64,000 bases of DNA from a virus (IMGVR_UViG_3300025789_000018), one strand, 5' to 3'; positions 7,201 to 17,361 are shown, numbered from the stretch's first letter. A program made the numbers and translations. Notes: generated by a model not told the origin, from the letters alone.

Positions 7201-7707
7201 ATGTCTATTTATCACACACATCACATTGTCCCTCGCCATATGGGAGGCACAGACGATCCTTCAAATCTTGTCAGATTGACGATTGAAGAACACGCGGAAG
7301 CGCATAAAAAGTTGTATGAGGAATACGGCAAAGAAGAGGATAGGATTGCTTGGTTAGCCTTGTCTGGCCAGATTACTCTCTCTGAGGCATCTAAAATGGC
7401 TCATATTCTAGGTTCTTACAAAGGTGGATATGCGAAGAAACCCAACAAAGTACCAGCGCACAATAAAATAGATTGTTATTGCGTTGGTTGTAGAAAAAGA
7501 ATGAAACCTTCAGAGAAGGGTCACAAACTTTGTTTTAAAAAAGCATATGGTTTAGAGAGAACGCCAAACTCTTCTTTTTTCACATCAGAAAACGGTAAAG
7601 ATATATCTAAAAGAAACAATGCCACCTCTACTTGTCCACACTGCAATAAACAAGGTCAATATAGAGCAATGAAAAGATGGCATTTTGATAAATGTAAAGC
7701 GAAATGA
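7201..7707 (+). CDS. HNH homing endonuclease (Mob-like) with C-terminal CPHC zinc finger
   Basis: HHIVPRHMGGTDDPSNLVRLTIEEHAEAH; start set at ATG 7201 after the AGGAG SD. Confidence 0.85.
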   Translation: MSIYHTHHIVPRHMGGTDDPSNLVRLTIEEHAEAHKKLYEEYGKEEDRIAWLALSGQITLSEASKMAHILGSYKGGYAKKPNKVPAHNKIDCYCVGCRKRMKPSEKGHKLCFKKAYGLERTPNSSFFTSENGKDISKRNNATSTCPHCNKQGQYRAMKRWHFDKCKAK

Positions 7708-7713
7708 TTCGCT

Positions 7714-7959
7714 TTAAAATGTCAATGAAAAGTTTTCGTCATTCAAAATAAATGCGTGATCGTCGGTGTCGCCAGGAAACTCTTCAAACCAAACGATAGG
7801 GATAAACTCGTATCCGTCATGTTCGACACCGATCTTGCGAATCGTTACCCTCTTATCAAGAGTAGGACCTGGAATATCATACCCAGTTTTCTCATCAACC
7901 CACTCATCAACGTTGCAAAGCAAAGTTTGACCAACTTCAATGTTCTTAATCATAATCAA
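7714..7959 (-). CDS. Hypothetical early protein
   Basis: Behind an early promoter (TTGACA 8009-8014). Confidence 0.6.
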   Translation of the reverse strand: MIMIKNIEVGQTLLCNVDEWVDEKTGYDIPGPTLDKRVTIRKIGVEHDGYEFIPIVWFEEFPGDTDDHAFILNDENFSLTF

Positions 7960-8017
7960 ATCACCTTTCTCACTGTCTATATTTTCATCATAACAGATTC
8001 GCGATAAATGTCAACCA

Positions 8018-8872
8018 CTATTTGCAGCAGGTGACTTTCGCCATCGACATCCACTTGGGGCTGTTCATGTTGCGGATTCCTGCAACCTTGAGAACCATAC
8101 GCAGCGAAAGTTCACGCATGGTGTTTTGATGCGTTTCAATGAAAGACACAACATCGACCTGTGCGGCCTTTGCGATACCTTCACGATCAAGCATACCCTT
8201 ATCAAGGACTTGCTTGATGCGGATCATATAGTCACGCTTAGTCTTCATCGTAAGATCGATATAATGCGAACGAGAAATCATAGCGTTCATATGAGGAGCC
8301 AACTTGTGGCCTTTGCCAATCATAGCATCAAAGTCAAGATTGGTAATGAAAATGATAGTACCTTCAAACTCAAAACTCTTGGGCATGACAGTCATATCGG
8401 TTTCATCGATCAGAGTACCTTCCGTCATGTAACTAATACGACGGACTTTATTGCTGTCACAAGCAGCTTTAAGAAGATTGAGTGAAATATCATCAAAGAA
8501 GATAGCATCGGCATCATCGAAAACCAAAACTTTGCCTTGATCTTTATGTTGAAAGAGCAAGCGATACAAAGATGGCGCTTTCAGATGACCCTTAACAATC
8601 GTATGATTTTCTTCGGAAGCATCCCATCCTTTGAGTGCTTCCTCTACGGTAAAAGACTTACCAAGACCAGCAGGACCAGATACGATCAAAGCGCGAATAT
8701 CACCCTTGATCGCAGCATGAGTCATTTCATCCAGAATATCAAAACGTTCGAGGATGCGTTCTGAAATCTCAGCATCAGTCTCGACAATCTTTTGAATGTT
8801 GACTTCGCTGATATCGCGAATCTTGACCTTAGAAGTTTTACGAAACCCAGCTTTAGGAACACCACGAGGCAT
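8018..8872 (-). CDS. P-loop (AAA-type) ATPase
   Basis: Walker A GPAGLGKS, Walker B LVFDD. Confidence 0.8.
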   Translation of the reverse strand: MPRGVPKAGFRKTSKVKIRDISEVNIQKIVETDAEISERILERFDILDEMTHAAIKGDIRALIVSGPAGLGKSFTVEEALKGWDASEENHTIVKGHLKAPSLYRLLFQHKDQGKVLVFDDADAIFFDDISLNLLKAACDSNKVRRISYMTEGTLIDETDMTVMPKSFEFEGTIIFITNLDFDAMIGKGHKLAPHMNAMISRSHYIDLTMKTKRDYMIRIKQVLDKGMLDREGIAKAAQVDVVSFIETHQNTMRELSLRMVLKVAGIRNMNSPKWMSMAKVTCCK

Positions 8873-9482
8873 AACGAATCACTTTCTCTCTCTGACTACT
8901 TTTTCATCATAGCTGATTCGATAAAAATGTCAACCTTTTATACCAAGCGCCTTGCGACCAGGAGACATGTAATCTTTTTCAACATTTGTTTTATATGCAT
9001 GACAGCACTTGCAAAGTGTCTGACAGTTATCTTCAGTGTTGTGTGATGGATTGCCATCTTTGTGATCGACATCAAGCATACCATCCCAGATGATCGTGGT
9101 CGTGCAAGTAAATCCCAATCGACCGTCGATGTTTTCACAATAAGTTTTACGAAACTTACGGTAAGGATGAAAAGAGTTCGTAAACTGAGTTACATTATCA
9201 AACCCTGCTTTCTTTGCCATAACCTGCAGGATATTATCGAGACCATGCTGACTTGCTGTGTGTTTACTATGACATTTAGCGCAACGTTTCCGAAAGATTG
9301 GATATCCATCTTTTCGATATCGACCACAGTGTTGGCCAGTTTTGTTGCAACCATCAACGACGCACTTTGGCCTTTCGCTAATGTGAATAATCTTCTTTAT
9401 GACACTAGAACTAGCATTCATAACGAATCACTTTCTCTCTCTGACTACTTTTTCATCATAGCTGATTCGATAAAAATGTCAA
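8870..9482. repeat. Perfect 64-bp direct repeats (8870-8933 and 9419-9482) flanking an HNH gene
   Basis: Both copies read CATAACGAATCACTTTCTCTCTCTGACTACTTTTTCATCATAGCTGATTCGATAAAAATGTCAA. Confidence 0.95.
8930..9421 (-). CDS. HNH endonuclease
   Basis: DVDHKDGNPSHNTEDNCQTLCKCCHAYKT; Cys-rich N-terminus. Confidence 0.8.
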   Translation of the reverse strand: MNASSSVIKKIIHISERPKCVVDGCNKTGQHCGRYRKDGYPIFRKRCAKCHSKHTASQHGLDNILQVMAKKAGFDNVTQFTNSFHPYRKFRKTYCENIDGRLGFTCTTTIIWDGMLDVDHKDGNPSHNTEDNCQTLCKCCHAYKTNVEKDYMSPGRKALGIKG

Positions 9483-9489
9483 GCTTGCA

Positions 9490-10353
9490 TCAAAAGTTTT
9501 TTATCAAACATTCGGTGACTTTCACCTTTTGACCATCTTTGGCTCCTCGGCCTGCGGTGTATGTCACATCAAAAAGCAAAGGAGAAAACGAATCGATCAG
9601 TTTTGATTCGAAAAAGTTGTCATAATGATACTTGTTAGCCATCGCAACAAAAGCGCCAGCATTCGCTGCATTGTTCATCATATTGCACAGACGTTCTTGA
9701 TCATAATCATCAAAAGCATTTTTTGTGTACTTCGTAAAGCAATCGCGATATGGAGGATCAAGAAACACATACGTGTCTTGATTGACATATTTGTCAAGGG
9801 TTTCGAAATCGTTTGAATGTAGATTCAGGTTCTGCGAAAAGATATGAAAGGCATTAATGACATCAACATCATAGATTTTTTCACGTTCGTTCAGTAGACC
9901 ACATGGAGTACCAAACTTGTTGTTAGTGTTCTTATTGATTTGCCATATGCCATTAAAAGATGTTTTTAGTAGTGAAAATAGCAATCCAGCCCGCTCGGCG
10001 TCGCTTAGATGATTATATGCATGAATGTTACGTTGTTCATAATAGAATGTTTTTCTGTCTTCTTTGTTCTTCGAAATGTACAAAGACTGATACTGATCAA
10101 CCACCTCAAGAAACTCTTTCTTGTTTGTTTTGATCTGTTTATAGATGTTAATGATATCTTCGTTATAATCGTTCACAAAGAACTCTGTGTTGGGATATCG
10201 ATCAAAGATCCACATACAGACTGCACCAGTACCAAAAAACGGATCGACAAACCTATCAAACTTACTTCCTGGCCAGAAGTCTGATCCATACTTCGATTTC
10301 ATTTTAGTCTTAGCACCAGCCCAACGAAAAAGTGGCTTCAAATCTTTCATCAT
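9490..10353 (-). CDS. Dam-like (D12 class) DNA adenine methyltransferase
   Basis: PLFRWAGAK, FVDPFFGTGAV, VNDYNEDIIN, FLDPPY. Confidence 0.9.
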   Translation of the reverse strand: MMKDLKPLFRWAGAKTKMKSKYGSDFWPGSKFDRFVDPFFGTGAVCMWIFDRYPNTEFFVNDYNEDIINIYKQIKTNKKEFLEVVDQYQSLYISKNKEDRKTFYYEQRNIHAYNHLSDAERAGLLFSLLKTSFNGIWQINKNTNNKFGTPCGLLNEREKIYDVDVINAFHIFSQNLNLHSNDFETLDKYVNQDTYVFLDPPYRDCFTKYTKNAFDDYDQERLCNMMNNAANAGAFVAMANKYHYDNFFESKLIDSFSPLLFDVTYTAGRGAKDGQKVKVTECLIKNF

Positions 10354-10850
10354 ATCTCCAATAGTGATAGTGTTTTATCCATAATAGAAACGATTTCATC
10401 TAAAGTAAAACCGTGCTCGGACATATGAAACTTAAAGTTTTTAGGATACATAATAGTATACTGAGAGGCCAATCTGCCTAATGGTCCATGTGGTACAACA
10501 CCAGAGCCAGAACAAAACGTTACGTATTTGACATTCTGAGATTGCCATTTCGCAAAGTCTGCGTTTTTAACCCATCGCTCTTGAGCGTTTCCTCGCATGT
10601 CTTGTTTCTTTGCTTCGAAGACTGCTACGAGTGTACCATCACTATTATACCAAGCACCACCATCTGGAGCAAAACCCATAACTTTATCTGTTTTGAATAT
10701 CTCTATCTTCTTTTGCTTGCTCATACGTTTCACACACTTCAGGTGTGGATGATTCTTGGCAACAATATCGATAGCAAGCTTACATGTATTGTCTAGAGAC
10801 TTAGACAGAGTATCAAAAGCTGTAGTACCAACTTGTATGCCTCGACTCAT
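10350..10850 (-). CDS. EcoRI-like type II restriction endonuclease
   Basis: PDGG...FEAKKQ...GNAQERWVKN..YVTFCSG parallels EcoRI PDGG..EAK.QG..GNAIER..KN; overlaps the MTase start (ATGA). Confidence 0.7.
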   Translation of the reverse strand: MSRGIQVGTTAFDTLSKSLDNTCKLAIDIVAKNHPHLKCVKRMSKQKKIEIFKTDKVMGFAPDGGAWYNSDGTLVAVFEAKKQDMRGNAQERWVKNADFAKWQSQNVKYVTFCSGSGVVPHGPLGRLASQYTIMYPKNFKFHMSEHGFTLDEIVSIMDKTLSLLEI

Positions 10851-10910
10851 ATCGAATCACCTTATATATCATTTACTACATTACTGATAATATAAGGATT
10901 AGAAAAAATG

Positions 10911-11597
10911 TCAAGTGGTTTTTTGAGGTACCTCGCCTGGTTGCTGAGATTTAATCCATTGCTGACCGACTCTATTTTTCACTGGACCTGTAGCGATCTT
11001 GCGAATCGTTTTGTGAACACCGTGGAGAAGATCCTCGCTGGCATTATTGTTATCAACAATATGCATGTTCTCATTACCGAAGTGATCCTGAAAGTGGCCG
11101 ATGTTGTCCTGGACTTGATTCCACATACGTTCAACGTGATGTGATGGCAATGATCGTTCACGCTCCATATTGCGCTGCTGAGCCACTGGAAGCGAGGTAT
11201 TGACGAACACCATATGTGTATCGTATCCCTGATTGCGTAGCGCCTCCGACTGCGCCTTGATCTTGGCCGCATCTTTCCCAGTACCATCGATTACCATACC
11301 TAGCTTACCTTGTTGATATAGCTTCTGGCGCTTGTTGGTGAGGTCTTTTGCTTTTGCTCTGACTACATCACGTTCTGCTGTTTCATGTTCAGGCATAGTT
11401 GGATCCAAGCCATGTTCTTTCATGCCCTTCTCAAACAGATCATCTGAGTTGACCATTTTGAAGCCTAAGCCGCCCATGGTTTTCTTTGTCACATAAGATT
11501 TGCCAGAACCAGGACCACCAGCAAGAAAGATTGCTTTTAGTTTTGCTGGATCATTAACGCCTTCTTCAAGGTCAACAAAGTCATTGAAACGTAGCAT
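10911..11597 (-). CDS. P-loop kinase (zeta-toxin/AAA_33-like); possible virion-internal protein
   Basis: FLAGGPGSGKS, VIDGTG, IVDNN; late promoter 11616-11623. Confidence 0.75.
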   Translation of the reverse strand: MLRFNDFVDLEEGVNDPAKLKAIFLAGGPGSGKSYVTKKTMGGLGFKMVNSDDLFEKGMKEHGLDPTMPEHETAERDVVRAKAKDLTNKRQKLYQQGKLGMVIDGTGKDAAKIKAQSEALRNQGYDTHMVFVNTSLPVAQQRNMERERSLPSHHVERMWNQVQDNIGHFQDHFGNENMHIVDNNNASEDLLHGVHKTIRKIATGPVKNRVGQQWIKSQQPGEVPQKTT

Positions 11598-11623
11598 GGA
11601 AACTCCTGTTTTTTATATTTATA

Positions 11624-12235
11624 TTATTTCTTATGCATGACAGCCATGGTCTGCTTCTGCTTCATTAGATCATCATAATCTTTTTCATAAGATTTTGATA
11701 CAGAATCAGGAGATGCTTTCCAGTCGTTTCTGAGATTATAAACATCACGATCAGTGACATAGTTCTCATCATCTTTAGGATCAAGATGAACTGCTTCATC
11801 AGACTTAGGATCATATGCATGAACGTTAATGCTAGGATGCTTGGATGCTTTGTCCCAAACACGTCTAGCGCCATGGGATTGATTCCCTGACGCTAGTATT
11901 TTATTGTGATTTAAGATTAGATGTTGATATAGATGTTCAGCACCTAAGGAGTCTTTGTTTGCATCTAGAAAGTCTACATGCTCTGCACCTTTGGTTCTAT
12001 ACTTTTTAGTAGATAGTGCTATGTTAACTTTGTTTGTTTTAGGGTCAGCGACATAGTATGTGTTTTCTTTTGTGGACAATGGTTTTTGATATACGTGATG
12101 GCCATTCTTAAGGATTCCAATATGTTTGGCCTTTTTAGGTACATCTTTACCAAGTTCATCATGAAAAACATCGCCTACATTGACGCCATTTTGCATGACT
12201 TCTTGTAGACTTCTAATGTCTTTAAACCGAATCAT
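11624..12235 (-). CDS. Hypothetical late protein with capsid-targeting-like N-terminus
   Basis: MIRFKDIRSLQE start; late promoter 12262-12269. Confidence 0.6.
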   Translation of the reverse strand: MIRFKDIRSLQEVMQNGVNVGDVFHDELGKDVPKKAKHIGILKNGHHVYQKPLSTKENTYYVADPKTNKVNIALSTKKYRTKGAEHVDFLDANKDSLGAEHLYQHLILNHNKILASGNQSHGARRVWDKASKHPSINVHAYDPKSDEAVHLDPKDDENYVTDRDVYNLRNDWKASPDSVSKSYEKDYDDLMKQKQTMAVMHKK

Positions 12236-12267
12236 GGAAACTCCTAAACATTGTTTAGAAGTATTTA

Positions 12268-12333
12268 TATAAATAGATGTGGTTCACGATGTTGACGCAT
12301 CTAACCACACTATCGCTAAACAGGAGCAACAGC
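12268..12333 (+). promoter_or_regulatory. Nuclease-cassette leader copy 4 (most diverged)
   Basis: TATAAATA, GTGGTT/AACCAC and GATG/CATC stems, CGCTAAACAGGAGCAACAGC-ATG. Confidence 0.8.
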
Positions 12334-13002
12334 ATGTCTATTTATCTCTATGTCAAACAATGTCCCCACTGTGGGCTAAAGTATTTTGGTAAAACAGAAC
12401 AAGATCCATATACTTACAACGGATCAGGAAAGATGTGGATTCCACACATCAAGAAACACAAAGTCACACCAAAAACAATAGAACTATATGAGTTTTCTGA
12501 TAAAGAGGAAGCAAAAAAGTTTGCTATAAACTTTTCTAAAGAAAACAGAATAGTAGAATCTAAAGAGTGGTTCAATCTTGTTATAGAACAGTGTGACGGT
12601 GGAGACACCTCGGCTTCTCCAGCATTTCAACGATGGATTGATCAGATAGACATGGCTGGTGAAAAAAATCCTATGTATGGTAGATCAGCAATAACTGAAC
12701 AAAATCTTCGTTGGTATACTAACGGTGAGAACAATCTATATCTTCCTGTCGGCACAGAGATGTTGGGTTATCGCCGAGGAAGAACTATAAAACATAGAAA
12801 ACCACATACACAAGAACATAAAGACAAGATATCTAAAGCAAATACGGGAAAGAAAAGTGTAAATCAAAAAACGTGCATATCACCTGATGGAAATATATAC
12901 GAATCTATCACACAAGCCGCAAACGCACATTCAATGACTGTATCGGCGTTCAGACATAAAATCGAACATAAAGAAAAACATTTGGGTTGGATTATTGTTT
13001 GA
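12334..13002 (+). CDS. GIY-YIG homing endonuclease with NUMOD3-like motif
   Basis: IYLYVKQCPHCGLKYFGKT..YNGSG; HTQEHKDKISKANTGK; start at ATG 12334. Confidence 0.82.
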   Translation: MSIYLYVKQCPHCGLKYFGKTEQDPYTYNGSGKMWIPHIKKHKVTPKTIELYEFSDKEEAKKFAINFSKENRIVESKEWFNLVIEQCDGGDTSASPAFQRWIDQIDMAGEKNPMYGRSAITEQNLRWYTNGENNLYLPVGTEMLGYRRGRTIKHRKPHTQEHKDKISKANTGKKSVNQKTCISPDGNIYESITQAANAHSMTVSAFRHKIEHKEKHLGWIIV

Positions 13003-13555
13003 CAATCTTATAAATGTCTTTCCAGTATTTTACCAAGACGGCTTTGCCTTTATAATCATGACTGTGTTCGTGTTCAACCAAAATACCTTTTAGACCAAGA
13101 CTATCGCACAAATCGACGTTCTCTGGTTTGTCCTCGATGAAGTATATTCCGCTGCCCTTATAGGGAGCAAGTGCTTCATCTTTATCTGCGCCACATTCCA
13201 GGCAGACGACACTTTCAATCGCTTCGCCGAAGTACCGCTTCAGGTTTTGTTCACGAAGCCGAGCAGCGGCAGGATCCAGACTCAAGCTGGTAATGACGCG
13301 AATCTGTACGCCATGTTCTTCATAGAGTTTGCGAACGTATTTCACAGCATCCCGAAGAGGAGGCAGAAAGCCACATGCCGCACTTTCGTTGAAATCACGA
13401 ACAAGTTGTTTGCTTACGACCTTTTCGATTCCATAGCGAAGATCAATGCCATAGGCATCGCTCCGAACCCGCTTGAACCCTTTGCGCTGCATCCACTGGT
13501 CGAAACCAAACTCCCAGTCTAGAAGAACGCCGTCGCAATCGCTCAAAATCAACAT
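12992..13555 (-). CDS. HAD-family 5'-nucleotidase-like phosphatase
   Basis: DCDGVLLDW, ITS, FIEDK motifs. Confidence 0.8.
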   Translation of the reverse strand: MLILSDCDGVLLDWEFGFDQWMQRKGFKRVRSDAYGIDLRYGIEKVVSKQLVRDFNESAACGFLPPLRDAVKYVRKLYEEHGVQIRVITSLSLDPAAARLREQNLKRYFGEAIESVVCLECGADKDEALAPYKGSGIYFIEDKPENVDLCDSLGLKGILVEHEHSHDYKGKAVLVKYWKDIYKIVKQ

Positions 13556-13610
13556 TTCATTCCCAATCTCACTCGCTACATTTCTTACTATATATGATTC
13601 GATTTAAATG

Positions 13611-14336
13611 TCAAGCAGCAATGCGCAAAACATTGCCGCCAGGACCATTGATCGGGCGAGAAAGATTGACACGATCACCAGCAGACTGACCGCTGCGATA
13701 TGCTGCACCATCACGAATGGTGGTAGTACCATATTTCTTCTTAAGACGCAAGCCAAGTTCACGATATGCCTGATTGACAACCTGATTCTTCAGAACAATC
13801 AAAGCATTGCTGCCGCCTCGTGCAGCTTTTTCTTCGCCGTTCATCTGAGCCTTCATTTCGTTCAGACGACGACCAATACGCATTGCCATACCAGTGGTAA
13901 ACGAACTGGTAGCACCTTTCTTGCTATATGCTCCCTTATATTCAGGAGTCTTCTTGAACTTTGCCAGTTCAGTTGCCATAGCCGACAGGATAATATCATA
14001 AAGATACTTCACCATCAGAAGATCGCTTTCTTGACCAAAGAAGCAATACTTCAGAGTAGCACCACGATTGGTCCACACCTTACAATCGGTAAAGCCAGCG
14101 ATATCCGAGAGAGCGTAATAGACGCCGTTGCGGACCTTGCTGCCAATATCAATCTTCAAAGTGTCACAAACTTCATCACGAAGTTCGACCTCGTTCATGG
14201 ACAGATTATATTGCGAGAGCAACTTACCCACCATGTTGATTGCGGTAAGTGCTTCTTCTTCCGAGCAGCCATTCTTGACGGTCTTAGCCGAGAGAGCGCG
14301 AATACGAGCCTTGATCTTGCTTTGGATATCAGTCAT
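13611..14336 (-). CDS. DUF2786-domain protein
   Basis: KIRALSAKTVKNGCSEEEALTA..KLLSQYNLS. Confidence 0.75.
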   Translation of the reverse strand: MTDIQSKIKARIRALSAKTVKNGCSEEEALTAINMVGKLLSQYNLSMNEVELRDEVCDTLKIDIGSKVRNGVYYALSDIAGFTDCKVWTNRGATLKYCFFGQESDLLMVKYLYDIILSAMATELAKFKKTPEYKGAYSKKGATSSFTTGMAMRIGRRLNEMKAQMNGEEKAARGGSNALIVLKNQVVNQAYRELGLRLKKKYGTTTIRDGAAYRSGQSAGDRVNLSRPINGPGGNVLRIAA

Positions 14337-14403
14337 AACGAATCATTCCTTCTCACTAGCTATATTTTCATCATAAACGAATCGGGATAAATGTCAAGCG
14401 ATC

Positions 14404-14616
14404 TTATCGCTCCAGAATGACATAATCACCAAAGTGACGATCAAAAACTTCCAGAAGGTTTTCAAAAACTTCCATCATTTCCGAAACAATAGCTTTACCA
14501 TCAAGCCCGAGTTGCTTTGCATACTGGCGGGCATAACCCATGAGGACAAATGCGTTACCTTCAGGACCACTCAGGTCGATAACGATTTCAGACTTGGGTT
14601 GCTTCTCACGAATCAT
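14404..14616 (-). CDS. Conserved phage hypothetical protein
   Basis: IDLSGPEGNAFVLMG motif. Confidence 0.65.
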   Translation of the reverse strand: MIREKQPKSEIVIDLSGPEGNAFVLMGYARQYAKQLGLDGKAIVSEMMEVFENLLEVFDRHFGDYVILER

Positions 14617-14750
14617 AACGTATCCTTTCGATTAATATTCAAGTTGTGCGCCAGGAGGTGGAAGTTCTGGATAATACCAATCGGGAACCAAAGCCCGCAC
14701 CCAGACGCAATCAGATAGACGCTTTATCCAAACAAAATGATAACCTTCCA

Positions 14751-14996
14751 TCATGAAGAAACTTTTTCGTGAACCATCGCGATGTGCTTACACTTACCAC
14801 GAAAGTTGAAACCAATGCAATCACATACCCAACCACGTTCGACCATGGTTGTGTTATATTGCTTGCCTTTAGAGTTTACGTATGGCCAGGTGAAGCCAAC
14901 CAGATGGTGTTTCTCACTGAAGTTAATACCATCAAGAGCAAGAGGTGTCCGATAGGGGCTAACACCAGGAACAAACATGATTAACGTTCCGCACAA
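14751..14996 (-). CDS. SWIM-type zinc-finger protein
   Basis: CDCIGFNFRGKCKH (CxC..CxH). Confidence 0.65.
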   Translation of the reverse strand: MCGTLIMFVPGVSPYRTPLALDGINFSEKHHLVGFTWPYVNSKGKQYNTTMVERGWVCDCIGFNFRGKCKHIAMVHEKVSS

Positions 14997-15169
14997 GCAA
15001 CAAAATCGTCCAAAAGATATTGGAGCCGATCAAGCTTGATCTGCAACCCGGCAATCCTTTCGCCAGTCAACTCTTCACGCTCTGCTGCTCGGAGAGTAGA
15101 TTCCATTCCAGCGACCAACTTGCGCATCGCACCAATCAGTATTTGTTCATCATCATAAAACATAATCAA
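14981..15169 (-). CDS. Hypothetical protein
   Basis: ORF in the minus-strand run. Confidence 0.5.
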   Translation of the reverse strand: MIMFYDDEQILIGAMRKLVAGMESTLRAAEREELTGERIAGLQIKLDRLQYLLDDFVACAER

Positions 15170-15175
15170 ATCTCC

Positions 15176-15532
15176 TTACGCAGCCAACTTGTAGGGTTGA
15201 TCCCACTTACCAGCATGAACATACGAGTACCAACCCACATCAAAGTAGTCGGTCATAATATCGCTGTTATCATGATTGCCGTCGTTCATAGCAACACGAA
15301 GTTCCTTCAAGAACTGAAGTTCCTTGCCCTGATAGTTGCTTTCCAGATGATAAAAGTGCATCTGACTATAACCGTTTTCGTTCTGAGCGAACTTCAGAGG
15401 ACCTTCTTTCAAGGTCAGAATCAGAGTGCTGTGATGGCGAACCGACAGACTACCCTTCATATTGTACTTCTTGAGGATCGCTTTGACCTTGGGAGCGATA
15501 GCAGCTTTCTTTTCCTGAGACATGTAAGCCAT
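15176..15532 (-). CDS. Conserved phage hypothetical early protein
   Basis: Behind an early promoter; DNSDIMTDYFDVGWY motif. Confidence 0.7.
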   Translation of the reverse strand: MAYMSQEKKAAIAPKVKAILKKYNMKGSLSVRHHSTLILTLKEGPLKFAQNENGYSQMHFYHLESNYQGKELQFLKELRVAMNDGNHDNSDIMTDYFDVGWYSYVHAGKWDQPYKLAA

Positions 15533-15597
15533 AACGAATCAACCCTTCTCTCTGTCTATATTCTTACCATACACGATTCGGGATAAATGTCAAGCGG

Positions 15598-15996
15598 TCA
15601 TCGCCTCATTTTAGAAATATCTTCCGCGTCTTCCTGACTGAAGACAGGTACCAGATTGCTCTTATGCATCGTGGCGATGCCGAGCAGCTTGTCGCCCGTA
15701 TATGTGTTAGGCGCTTTGGCAAACGTCACACCGATGCCATCACCAGTCTCATACTTGGGCGCATTGCGAACGTATGTGGAAGCTTCCATACCAGTCTTAA
15801 CGGTCTTTGTTTTGTATGCGGCATTGCCTTGTCGATATGCAACATACTCTTGGAACGTCTTGGTTTTTGATCCAAGCCGCTTCATCTGCTTGTTATAGTC
15901 TACCCAATCTTGAGCATACTTCGCCGTGTTTAGTTGCGGCTTGCGTTTCTTAGTTGAGTTTGTGGTATAAGCAGGACCTAGGAGATGCATTGTCAT
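15598..15996 (-). CDS. Conserved T4-like hypothetical protein
   Basis: GIATMHKSNLVP motif. Confidence 0.7.
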   Translation of the reverse strand: MTMHLLGPAYTTNSTKKRKPQLNTAKYAQDWVDYNKQMKRLGSKTKTFQEYVAYRQGNAAYKTKTVKTGMEASTYVRNAPKYETGDGIGVTFAKAPNTYTGDKLLGIATMHKSNLVPVFSQEDAEDISKMRR

Positions 15997-16228
15997 ATTA
16001 AGCAGCCATCAGAATGAAACAAGTTGCCAGAATGTAAAGATAGGATTTAGTAGTCATGGCGATCCCTGATAGACAACGTGATGTATGAAGCAATATATGC
16101 CATCATCGGGACAGCGATGTCGGCTCGGTCAAGTGTTCCCTTAACATAGTCAGGAATATAAAAACCAATTCCACAGAACAGTGCAATACCTAGTGCGAAC
16201 AGGATACGAGACAACATTTTAACTCTCC

Positions 16229-16435
16229 TTAAATTCCGAATTCAGCGGCATAATCTGCATCTAGCCGAATATTCCCATAACCACGTTGAATCAACCTATT
16301 TCGGACATTTTTTGCAGCGCATCGAAACTCGTCAACAGTGTAATGAATCCCCCACTTTGATCCGCGTCCAGTGATACGAGTGTCATTCACATAAACTGCG
16401 TTCTTGTCGGTTACGGTTACTTTTAGGATTTTCAT
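16229..16435 (-). CDS. Hypothetical protein
   Basis: ORF preceded by a GAGG SD. Confidence 0.55.
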   Translation of the reverse strand: MKILKVTVTDKNAVYVNDTRITGRGSKWGIHYTVDEFRCAAKNVRNRLIQRGYGNIRLDADYAAEFGI

Positions 16436-16669
16436 TTAACTTCTCCTCAGCGATAAATGTTGCGCTTGAGTTCAACTTCAAACTCTTCTCGGCCGACGGT
16501 GCACCGATTGCCAGTCACTTCTTCATAGATCATGACTTCTTCCATCAGATTTCCAAGGTCAACACCTTTAGCAATGAAAGTCCCATTGTGATTACGAGCA
16601 ACAAACATTTTCATGATTCGAATCTCTCTCACTGACTACTTTTTCATCATAACAGAATCAGGAATAATG

Positions 16670-17092
16670 TCAAGCAGCGATTTTTTCGTAAACACCTTCG
16701 CCGTTGCTGAAACTGCCGATCTTGGCATAGCAGTTGAAAGCCTTGTTCAACACCTTTTCAAAGTTGGGTGCAATCCGATTGACCCAAGCATGGGCAAGAT
16801 TCTGCAAAGAAATCTCATCGCTGTAGTAGCAATCGTACTCTTTGGCGACCAGAGAAATGCTGGCCAGCCCACAGTATTCCGAAACTACAACTTGAGCGAA
16901 CCTGTTTTCCAGAATGGCACGAAGTTCACGCCCAATCCACTTGTCTTCGTTGTCAAACGATTTGTAGGCATCCTTGACGATGCTCTGCACATCATCTACA
17001 AAGTCATCCCATTCCCAGGAGTCCTGAATGTACGAAACATCAACATAGACCACAGCGCCGGCGCCACTGGCATAATCAACTGAACGTCCCAT
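16670..17092 (-). CDS. Hypothetical early protein
   Basis: Single gene bounded by two early promoter elements. Confidence 0.65.
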   Translation of the reverse strand: MGRSVDYASGAGAVVYVDVSYIQDSWEWDDFVDDVQSIVKDAYKSFDNEDKWIGRELRAILENRFAQVVVSEYCGLASISLVAKEYDCYYSDEISLQNLAHAWVNRIAPNFEKVLNKAFNCYAKIGSFSNGEGVYEKIAA

Positions 17093-17149
17093 AGCGAATC
17101 AACCTTTCTCAATGACTACATTCTTACCATAGACGATTCTGGATAAATG

Positions 17150-17350
17150 TCAAGAGTGCATTTGGATATCTTTGAGGTGTGGCGCGATCTGCTTGGCAGA
17201 ATATTGCACCTCGTTGATTTCAAAGAACCAGCGACCAGACTCTTCTCGTTTCAGTTTCAGTGCTTCACCTTCACGAAATGGCGAGATACCCCAAGTCCAT
17301 GGGCGACCTGTTTGAAGTTCGAATGCACCACCTGAAAGCTTCGTGATCAT
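17150..17350 (-). CDS. Hypothetical protein
   Basis: ORF preceded by an AAGGAG SD. Confidence 0.55.
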   Translation of the reverse strand: MITKLSGGAFELQTGRPWTWGISPFREGEALKLKREESGRWFFEINEVQYSAKQIAPHLKDIQMHS

Positions 17351-17361
17351 AACAAATCTCC

